Position numbers and translations under genes: made by a program. From Azolla caroliniana (Eukaryota > Plantae > Polypodiophyta), in NCBI GenBank assembly GCA_043228905.1, contig JBHGNT010000005.1, positions 14,384,001 to 14,448,000 of the forward strand: a stretch of DNA of 64,000 nucleotides. Direction: 5' to 3'. Under the pieces are notes generated by a model. The model saw nothing but the letters and a program-made list of their open reading frames with translations, did not search any database and had not been told where the DNA came from. Of this stretch, positions 52,071-62,301 are shown piece by piece. How positions within the stretch are numbered: the stretch's first letter is position 1; every line of letters begins with the position of its first letter.

Positions 52071-53979
52071 TGTTCTTGAGTGTAATTCTAACACTATCAC
52101 CTCTTGCTATTGTAATGCATAAGTTTTATTGGTAGCCAAAGCTTAACAACCGATCCGTGAGTTTTATTGGTTTGAAGCGATCCGTGAGTGCGCGCATGAA
52201 ACAAGAGCAGGAAATAGACCGAGAGAGAGAGAGGGAGGGAGAGAGGGATTCTCTGTGTACTGACCTTGACGTTGACGTGTGTGTCGGGAGGGGTGAAGAC
52301 GATGGTTCTATAGAAGATGGAAGAGCTGGAAATCGCGAGGGGCAATCAGCAACGGGGGAGCAGGGAGGAGCAATCAACAACGAGCGAGCAGGGAGGCACA
52401 ATCGACAACGAGCAAGCAGAGAGGATCAATCAGCAACAAGTGAGCAAGGAGGAGCAATGGGCAACGAGCAAGCAAGGAGCCAAGTAGGGAAGAAGGAAGG
52501 CGACGCGAAGAGAAAGAATGGAGCAGCGCTACGCTTAAAATGGAACAGACAGGGAGCAACGAGCAGCACGAAGAGGGGAAGCAGTGAATCGTGATTCGTG
52601 AATAGTGAACAATAAAAAAAAATGAAGAATAGGGAAAAAGAGGGGGAAACGAAATATTTACATAAATATACAATACCTTTTTCTAATCTATATAAATAGT
52701 CGGCCCATAAAATATGAACCGGCTAGATTTTGGCCAGTGGAAAACCTGGCCAGAATCAATTCCGGCTATCTCTCATGGTGGCTAGCAAAAGTCCCAATTC
52801 AACCGGAACCTTGACACTGTTCCTGGGACTTTGCCCAACACTGTTGTCGAGTCTCTTCCACACTTGAAGAGGGACATAGGGTCCACTACAATAATGGTGT
52901 GACATTTGCATTATAAAAACCCAATATATAGTTACTTCAATAATGATTACAAGAATGTACATCAGCTCACCATTTAGTTTGATATCTTCAACACCTGGCC
53001 CCAGTCATGTATGGGGTTCGTATCCATGTTCGAGTCTTCAGTAATGATGTTTTTAGCATCCATATCGTTGGATTTGGGGCACCTAGCACCCTTTCTTACA
53101 AAAACCCTAAATCGTCATTCAAGTTAGCACACAAACATCACTATTTATACACAATATATAGTTGAGAAATGATTCAGGCCATACCTCCCTTCATAGGATA
53201 TTGTTTCACCCCAATCTGCATCAAAGTCTATGAAGGTCTTGGACCGATTAGCCATCTGTACAAAACACATGCCATCTTCAAAAACCACCAATTTGTGCAA
53301 CTCACATTTGTGCAACCCACCCAAGCAGTACATGATTGAAGGTTCGGGTCTTTTTTCTTCTTACCCTATTTTCTGTTAATATGATTTAGATCTATCTATT
53401 TGTCTATCAATAAAGTTTCTAGCTATGTCCTTTTTCATGTGTCTATGCTTCCTTTCATGATTTGAAGGAATGCACCTCAATCTATGTTTCTCTATTCTAT
53501 GCATCTCCTGTTTTTTTTGTTGTTGTCTACAGTATGAGTTTATTTATATACTCACTGACTACACTTATTTTCCATACTAATTCATACAAACAACGCTTTC
53601 ATACATGTCCCCTGTTTCTTATCTTTAACTATATGTTTGGTATTATTTTCCATACTGTTGGTTCTCCTTTTCTTTTACTAAACTTCTGTTTTGTTACTAA
53701 GTTAAGTAAACTTATACGCAGAATTTTTAGGCCTTCTGCTATTATTTCAGGTTCACATACTTTCATCATCATCTTCTTTACCAGTTATGAGACTTTAATT
53801 ATGGTTTTTGTTTTTTTATTTTACTATTTTTTGTTGCTGCTTATGAAACTAGATAAAGAAAGAAAAGAAGGATTAAGATAAAATGCTTATGTTGTCATAC
53901 ATATTGACAAGAAATGCATATTTTATAGTTCTTTGAAAATGAGAAAACAGCGCAAACAGCGCAACCACATCGACAGATG

Positions 53980-54372
53980 CTCCTAGCACGATCAGGAGAT
54001 CGACCGCGGGCCAGCCACATACTTCTTCTGCGGCTAGACCCTATATGCGAGCAGGGGAGTCTAGTGCACCCCCCCAACTTTCGCCTCATCTGTGTGATGA
54101 GTCAGTCGGCCTTGTATTGTCAGAGGAGGATAGAGCTATTGTTTTGGGTGAGGTAAGTAGGTTGGAAGTTTTCTCTTTCGTAGTGCAGGTACAGGGTTCG
54201 CGAATGAATAGATCGGAACTACGTCATACTCTGTACATTGCTTTCTTGGAGGAAGTGGATAACATTCTCGACATTCAATTCATGTCTCGGGGATGTTATC
54301 ATGTGGAATTCACGATTGAGGAGTCCGTCAACAAGCTATTAACGATTAAGGAGGTAGGAGTGGAAGGTGCGT
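53980..54372 (+). pseudogene. L1-type LINE ORF1 N-terminus (DUF4283-like), interrupted by B2
   Basis: FVVQVQGSRMNRSELRHTL...DIQFMSRGCYHVEF pattern. Confidence 0.55.
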
Positions 54373-54840
54373 TGTCGTGAAGATCCGTCACTACGCATGG
54401 ATCGTGAGGCGGAACCGCCGGGGTTCTGGACCGGAAGGATTCAAAGTCGGTACAAGCTTTGCCGCAAGCTTTAGCAAGAAAGTACTTAAGATAGATTGGG
54501 AAAGAGAGAAGTTGAGATTACACGTTTGAGAGAGATTGATTGAACTTTTAACTTTAGATTTAAGAAACAAGTTACACGATCAATTTGATAACGAATTTCT
54601 TCCTCTTAATTTTCATAAAAAAAAAACATGTTTTTTCTCCTCCCCCTTCCTTCTTTTATAGATGCTCTCATGCATATGATGCATGTGAGGGTACAAGACA
54701 TGCATAAATTGCAGGTTTGCCATTTGGCGCTTATGTATTACATGTGGTGCATGATAACCATGTCACTCATTTTAGCTCTCATGTATGAGAATTTACATGT
54801 AAAAGTACAATGATAGAAATATAATTTTAACTAAATAGCA

Positions 54841-54900
54841 TGGCTTAATGGTAAGCCAATTGACTCATAACTTGGAGGTGTAAGGTTCGAATCCTTACTT
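54841..54900 (+). promoter_or_regulatory. tRNA-like A/B-box module in the B2 3' LTR
   Basis: TGGCTTAATGGTAAGCCA hairpin, CTCATAA, and GTAAGG-TTCGAAT-CCTTAC. Confidence 0.8.
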
Positions 54901-55499
54901 CCCCTCCTTGTATATGTATATTTGTATATATATTTATATATTTATTTATATAGTCGCCGGATGCCGTCGGTTACCGGTGCCTCGCCGGATGCCATCGGTT
55001 ACCCGTCTCCATCGCCGGTCCGGTTTTGGTTGGCCAAAACCCTTTACAAGTAGCTAGCCCACCTCCACTCTTAGTTCAAGTTACCTTGAACTCTCTATGC
55101 TCCACACATAGACACAAAGATAATATCTTTTGCTCCACCTTATATATGATGAGAGCCGTATTTGTCGTGCCTATGTGGGATATCTCACAATTTTCTCTTT
55201 TCTTTTCACAAACTTTATACCCTCATATCTTGACATTTAGTTGTCCATTTCTCGTGTAATAAAGTGCATTCGAAACCTCCATCATTTTGTACTTAGATAT
55301 TAAAAATGTTATCTTCACAATTATTGTATTGTGTGATTCTTACTCAATTTCGTACGTTTTATGGGATTTTCACACTTGCCGAAAATCTTCACGACATCCA
55401 CCCCCACCAAACCGCACGTCCTCCGGTACGTGCCAAGAAGAGAGGAAGTGAGATTTCGGCTACGATGATCAATTAGATTCCTCCATGTCTTCATTTTCA

Positions 55500-58400
55500 T
55501 CCAGCCTATTATGTTCATTGTCGAGGTAATCGAGGTCAGGATCCTTGTCTTGTCTTTTCTTGAAAAATCTTTACTCTTTTTCCCGCAATGGGTACGGCCA
55601 ACCTTGATCCGTCTAGTTCTGTAAGGTGGTATGTGGCATTATCGTTGGCACTTGTCACCACATACGGCCCGAACCATCTTCTTGCAAACTTCCTTGTTGT
55701 ACTGTGTTGATTGTCAAGGGTGCTGTCGTAAACCAAAACCCAACCCCCTTCTTCAATCTTCTTGGGACGAAGTTGATGCGTGTTGTCGAACCGAACTTTG
55801 TTCTTTACTCGGGCTGCCTTCATCATCTTTCACGCTTTTTCTAAATCTTCAGGTCTTCTTTCAAGTTGCCTTATCCGCGCCGCTAATAACTCTTCTCGGC
55901 TCATCTCGTTCTCCCACGGTATCGCTACCCATGAGGCGATCGTCCTTTCGATGGGCATAATCGGCTTTTGTCCATACATAAGCTCCGTCGGCATATACCC
56001 TGTCACCGAGCTATGTGTCGTTCTATCGGCCCATAAGGCATAGGGTAATAGTCGTGGCCAATTCCCGACTCGACCGTTGCATGCCTGTACGATGGCTTTA
56101 ACGATAGGTCCATGCCCTCGCTCGATCTTCCCATTTGCTTCCGGATTGTAGGCAGTCGTGAGGGAGAGCTTCACGCCTAGTCTTTCGAAGAGCTCCGTCG
56201 CTTCGTGCACGTCCAACTCCCCTCGGTCGGCCACTATCTTCCCTACACATCCATATCGGCAAACAACATCTTCAACTAAAAATTTACAAATAGCTGAAGT
56301 CGTCTTATTTGTCAAAGCTCGTCCTTCCACTTGATTTGTCAAGTCTTCCCTTGCCAGCACTTAGTACTTCATTTGTCCCACTCCCATTGGCATCGAGATC
56401 AGATCCACCATCCATTTGAAGTGTATGGTGAGTGGGTATGTCGGCTTTAACTCATCACGATGACATATATTTGAATATACTTGGCAAGTTTCGCATGTGG
56501 ACACGAAATGGAGTACATCTTTGTACATGCTTGGCCACCAGTACTTCTCCTTCAACTTTTCGAACGTCGCCCATGTTCCTCTATGACCTGCCCAAGCACT
56601 CTCGTGGAATTCGGTCATCAGCGTCTCTTGCTCTTCTTTCTTTACCACCACTCGACGTGGTATTCCTGTCCTTCTTTTTGGATGTCGCCAAAGGAATCCT
56701 CCCTTCAAGAAGTATCGGTTTTCAGATTCGTAGGGCCTCCTCCTTTGTCAACGAAGCATCTGTCGTCAATGTTCTTAGGAATCTACCGATGAGTAACCAC
56801 TCTCCTTCGTACTCGTTCTCGTTGAAGGCGTGGAGGGTTTGCGTGTCCTGGTCTTCCGCCGACAATCGAGCCATCTTGAAGAAGTCGAGGGTGACATCTT
56901 CATCTTCCGAAACCATGTTACTTCCATTTGAAAATCTTGCCCTTGACAGCATGTCAGCCATGGCGTTCTTCTTCCCTGCGATGTGACGGATCTCTAGGTT
57001 TAAAGACTTGATGTAGGCGATCCACCTTAGCATAGCAAGATCTGGGGTCGCACATCCCGAGACCATTCCGAGAATTGGGAGACAATCTGTCTCTATTATC
57101 ACTTCTGACCCGATCAGGTAATCTTTGTCTGTCTTCACTGCCGACACAATACCCCAAAGTTCCCGCTTGACTTGGGCATATCTTTGTTGCCGTTCGCTGA
57201 GAACCTTTGCTCCGAACCGGACGGCATATCGCGCATTATCTTCACCTTCTTGATTGATGACCCACCCGATTCCGGTTGGGCTCGTATCTACGGTCACGTA
57301 AATTTGTTTCCCTTCGACATAGTCGGCCTTCCTTAGTGTCGGAGCTTCAAGAAGCAGTTTCTTTAATCTTCGCATCGCCTTTGTGTGCTCGTCTCGCCAT
57401 TCGAACTTTATTCTTTTCTTTAGTAGTCCATATAACGGTTCGGCGACATGAGCGTAGTGAGGAATCCATATATGATAAAACGCGCACACTCCAAGGAACC
57501 TTCGAACCTCCGTTTGGTTTTCGCATTCTTCTTTCATGTCTTGGATTGCGTTCACTTTGGATGGCGAGGGCTTCCGGCCGTATGCTCCACACAAGTGACC
57601 TACCACCAAGATCTCTAGTTGCCCGAATGCAGATTTTTCTCCTGAAAATGTCAAATTCGCATCTTCAAGCCTTTGAAGCACCTTCTCGCAATCTTTCATA
57701 TGATCCGCAACGAACTTTCTACAACCTTCCTTATCTTTCGATTCATCTTTCTCCTCACCCGAACATCCTTTTATCGGAATATCATCCAAGAATGGCATCG
57801 TGATGTCCGGAATGCAATCCTTCAAGACTTTATTCATGGCATTCACCATATGAGCCACCGAATTCGTTGCGCCTTGGGGTAAGGTACACATCCGCACAAG
57901 CCCAATCGGAGTCCTCATGGTTGTAATGTCCCGACTGTCGATCGCCAATTGGAATTGGTCATATCCGGAGTAGAGATCGCCAATGGAGTAGATGGACCAG
58001 CCCGCAAACGCTTCGGCAAATTCGTCCACGCTCGGACCGATTCCGGCATTTCGAATTGTCACCTTGTTGACGGGTTGAAGATCTTGGATGAATCGCAATG
58101 ATCCATTCTTCTTCGGCACCGTGAACCACCTATTGGAATAAGGAGCATTCGACGGTTCTAGAATTCCCATACTCACCTTGTCCTTTAAGAGCTCGATCAG
58201 CTTCGGAAGGTGTGCTCTCGGTACCGGTATCGGTTTCAAATTGCAAGGCACATGAGGCACCGTGAAGATCACCATCGGCTCTATAACCTTTGGGTCGGCG
58301 CATCCGATTTCTCGTGGGAAGAATGCGAAAGCCTTCCCATGTCTCTCAAGCATATCGCGAAACATTCGCTCCTCTTCAGGGAGAAGGAAATCCTCCTTTC

Positions 58401-58950
58401 CAACTCGTAGCTTCCCCTTCGTCTCTTTGGTGAAGACATGACCTATCTTCTTCGGATCTCTTAAGCTTGGATTGTTAGTGACTTCCTTCATCTTTTGCCA
58501 ACTATCTTCCGGTAGCGGAACCGCAACTAGCTTGATCTTCTTACCCACCGTTTTATATTTCGTGTTGATGTCAGCTTCCTTCATCGAGATGCCACGACGG
58601 TATTCATCGATGATAGCGTACATGTTGACGGAGTTAACCGAAATCACGCGTTGGTTGTGAAGATAGCTCAAGTCCACGACGTCCTCGATTTCGCCGATGG
58701 TGTCGTTAAATGAGGCTTCTTCCATAATATGAGTCACGAACTCTCCTTCTTCTATTATGTTCTCTTCTTTCAGCATCTTCTCGAATTCTTGTATCCGGCG
58801 CTTGTACTTCTTGTCGGGTAGTACTAGTTTACATGCGCCACTAGGTGTGACACATGTTGCTTCTCCTTGCAATCCACGCACTCTTCTTTCTTGTGGGGTC
58901 TTGTGATTGCTCGGACTATTTGTGCCCCATGCTTCAATAGTCCGCTCTAA
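55500..58950 (-). pseudogene. pol: pol (RT-RNase H-integrase) of B2
   Basis: 719-aa ORF with DLYSGYDQ, PFLDD and VTVDTSPTG; HHCC zinc finger and IVADRGELD/EANGKIERG integrase motifs; few lesions. Confidence 0.93.
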
Positions 58951-58956
58951 AAATCC
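58893..58956 (-). promoter_or_regulatory. Predicted -1 frameshift signal (G GAU UUU + pseudoknot), element B2
   Basis: GGATTTT TAG; stem CGGACTATT/AATAGTCCG; loop TGGGG pairs with downstream CCCCA; the -1 frame is open into RT. Confidence 0.8.
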
Positions 58957-61145
58957 GAGGATTCACCTCCGAGACTATCTCGATTCCTTTCATGATTGGC
59001 TCGCACCGTTAGGAATTGGACCGATCTTTGGTTGTCAAGACTCTTTATTCGTGCGAAGGCTGCTCCATTATCGAACACTCTGGTCTCCATCCGAGATGAT
59101 GTGATATAAGGTTGCCCTAGGATGATAGGATGCGACACCGATTCTTGTACGAAGAAGTGTTGATCCATCTCCACATCCCCGATCGTGACTTTGACATTGG
59201 GACAAGCTCCGTACAAATCCTCCGTAGACTTTGTTGCCGCGCGAATCTTCCATCCGTGGTTTGTATTGATTGGCCATCTTCCTTTTTTGTAGAAGTCGGT
59301 TGACATGAGGTTGATCTCCGAGCCGTGGTCGATCAAGGCTACCACGGTCTCTTTCTTCTCCCCGATCTTCACCCGCGTCTCCGTTGTCGCTCGTGCCCAA
59401 TGAGGTCGAGTGTAGTGGCTGTCCACCATATCTTCATTGATTTCGTCTCTTGCCATCGTTATGGCATTCGTTTTTGCTTTTTGTGGCTTCTCTTCTTCCT
59501 CGTCCGATTGTTGTCTCTTTCTCTTTACAAGGTCCACGATCGTGTCATGGAACTCCTTCTTCGTAATGCCAAGCAATTCCCTCAAGGACAAAGTTACGTG
59601 GCTATCAAGAACTCGTTCTTCGAGAATCTTCTTTAGGTCCGTCGTTTGCTCTATGTCCGACCTTAGCTTATAGGTAGGTATAGTCCTTGTCCTCCGAGTG
59701 GGGTCTTCGACACCAACCTTCACGGGCCGAACCGTTTCTTCAACACGTATGCTCGGCTCCCCTTTTCGGCTTGATTCTCATTCCTCCGTTTGTAAAGGTC
59801 GACTCATCTCCGCATCGTCTTTCTTTTTCGCGTTCCTTGTTTCATGTCTTTTTGATGGGCCTTGCTCTTGTATTCTCTTTCTCTTTTCTTCGACGAACAC
59901 CTCATGGTTGTCGCACATCACCTCTGCGAGTATGGTGTTGTCGTCCACCGGATCAGACCACCCGGTTATGCTTTGCACACTTCGGTCCGCAAGCTCTACC
60001 TCGTTCGATGTGACTTTTCCCTTCTTCTCATATTCGAGAACGGAAGTCCAAAACTTTGCTCCCGCTCTAGCAGCTTCAGTCTTGTCTTTCCCGACTCTTA
60101 TTCCGGCCGACGCAGCATAGTGCATCGCATCCACATGAGTCGCATCGGCATCCTCCATAGATTTCTTCATTCCTCCTCTTCCGAAATTCACCCGTAGGGG
60201 TCTTCTAGTCTCGCTTGAGCAGATCATGTTGTCCTCTATGTATACGATATTTTGTCGAATCGCCTCTCGAAGGCTCGCACAATCCCTTCTCATGTGGTCC
60301 ATGCTATCGCACCACACGCATCTAAAGGGTTCTTTTCCTTTAGGGCCCCGACGATTCATGTTGGCTAGCATGACCTTCTCGAACTTCTTCGCTAGCTCTT
60401 CAATGATGTCGTCATCAATCTTCTTTTCTTCCACGTTACTTTGTCTCAGCGGCTCAGCTACTTTCGGCGGTCTTGCTTTCTCCGTGGTAGTCGGTCCCGT
60501 CAAGTCGGTGTCATCAACCCATTGGCGACGCTTGTCGAGCCTATTGCATGCCCGCTTCACCGCGATCTAGTCTGCTATGAGCCCATTTGCTTGGGTATCA
60601 TCTTCGAGAAGAGTCCCCAACTCCCGTCTATCCTTTATGTCCACGGCCTTCAAGAAGTACAAAGTTTTGTCCTCTTCAAGCAACACTTGGTCCGTATTGG
60701 GGAGACGACTAAACATCTGGTCGAATTCGTCGTACACCCTCGAGACGCTCATCTTCTTATTCTTCTTCTCTATCCACTTCATTAGGGCATGTCGAGTCAT
60801 CCTCGTAGAGTCTTCAGTCATGAACTCCGCTAGTATCGTTTTCTCGAACTCAGACCATGTTGTCTTACCTTCTTAAAGCTCGATGACGCGTCTTTGGATG
60901 TTGTTGGCGATAACTCTCTTGAAGCTTGCGATTTGATGTGCCTCGGACACGTCCCTCTGATTCATCTCCCTTCTATATGCATCAAGGAACTTCGTAACGT
61001 TCCTTCCATCGAATTGGCCCTCGAGCTCCACGACACGATCGACAGCCTTCTCCACGCTCGCGTCGTTGTCCCGAGATCTCATCATTTGCTCGACGATTAG
61101 CATCATCCTTTCGAGCTCTCCTGCTTGGTTGCTTGAGGACGCCAT
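58947..61145 (-). pseudogene. gag: gag-protease of B2
   Basis: CVWCDSMDHMRRDC knuckle; YKLRSDIE...LSLRELLG block; LIDHGSEIN; stops at 60875 and 60569. Confidence 0.88.
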
Positions 61146-61680
61146 CTCCAAGTATTAATCTCGACTTGATCCTTCCTACCGCCTCTTTCACGTCGGGTTC
61201 ACCACTTTATTATGTCGTGAAGATCCGTCACTACGCGCGGATCGTGAGGCGGAACCGCCGGGGTTCTGGACCGGAAGGATTCAAAGTCGGTACAAGCTTT
61301 GGCGCAAGCTTTAGCGAGAAAGTACTTAAGATAGATTGGGAAAGAGAGAAGTTGAGATTACACGTTTGAGAGAGATTGATTGAACTTTTAACTTTAGATT
61401 TAAGAAACAAGTTACACGATCAATTTGATAACGAATTTCTTCCTCTTAATTTTCATAAAAAAAAAACATGTTTTTTCTCCTCCCCCTTCCTTCTTTTATA
61501 GATGCTCTCATGCATATGATGCATGTGAGGGTACAAGACATGCATAAATTGCATGTTTGCCATTTGGCGCTTATGTATTACATGTGGTGCATGATAACCA
61601 TGTCACTCATTTTAGCTCTCATGTATGAGAATTTACATGTAAAAGTACAATGATAGAAATATAATTTTAACTAAATAGCA

Positions 61681-61740
61681 TGGCTTAATGGTAAGCCAAT
61701 TGACTCATAACTCGGAGGTGCAAGGTTCGAATCCTTACTT
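61681..61740 (+). promoter_or_regulatory. tRNA-like A/B-box module in the B2 5' LTR
   Basis: TGGCTTAATGG (61681-61691), GGTTCGAATCC (61724-61734), T-run near 61781. Confidence 0.8.
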
Positions 61741-62089
61741 CCCCTCCTTGTATATGTATATTTGTATATATATTTATATATTTTTTTATATAGTCGTCGG
61801 ATGTCGTCGGTTACCGGTGCCTCGCCGGATACCGTCGGTTGCCGTCGTCAGATGCCATCGGTTACCCGTCTCCATTGCCGGTCCGGTTTTGGTTGGCCAA
61901 AACCCTTTACGAGTAGCTAGCCCACCTCCACTCTTAGTTCAAGTTACCTTGAACTCTCTATGCTCCACACATAGACACAAAGATAATATCTTTTGCTCCA
62001 CCTTATATATGATGAGAGCCGTATTTGTCGTGCCTATGTGGGATATCTCACAATTTTCTCTTTTCTTTTCACAAACTTTATACCCTTAT

Positions 62090-62258
62090 TGTCGAATACA
62101 TGTGTATAATGGACGTATTCACACTATCCCGTTTTGGCCATTTATGTAATTAGCATAAAAGGTAGTTGCCCTAAGTCGGTCACTATATATAGTGACCTTG
62201 TAACCTCTTTGTGAGGTTGGATGTTGTATTATTGCTTTGAGAAATAAGAAACTCTTTT

Positions 62259-62301
<43 letters not shown>

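Larger units (their letters stand above)
54373..62089 (-). mobile_element. Phygy-like Gypsy element B, copy 2, near full length (3' LTR 54373-55396; PPT ~55397-55410; tRNA-Trp PBS 61187-61204; 5' LTR from 61213, interrupted at 62090)
   Basis: Highly similar LTR pair; PBS TGGTGAACCCGACGTGAA; complete gag-PR-RT-RH-IN domain order. Confidence 0.95.

Noticed and set aside
52157-52594. 145-aa ORF
   Set aside because: Low-complexity GA-rich repeats with no recognisable domain.
53462-53881. Hydrophobic 139-aa ORF
   Set aside because: Product of T-rich sequence; no motif support.
54835-54905. Functional tRNA-Met/Ile(CAT) gene
   Set aside because: D- and T-arm hairpins are present but there is no acceptor or anticodon stem; reported as a promoter-like module instead.
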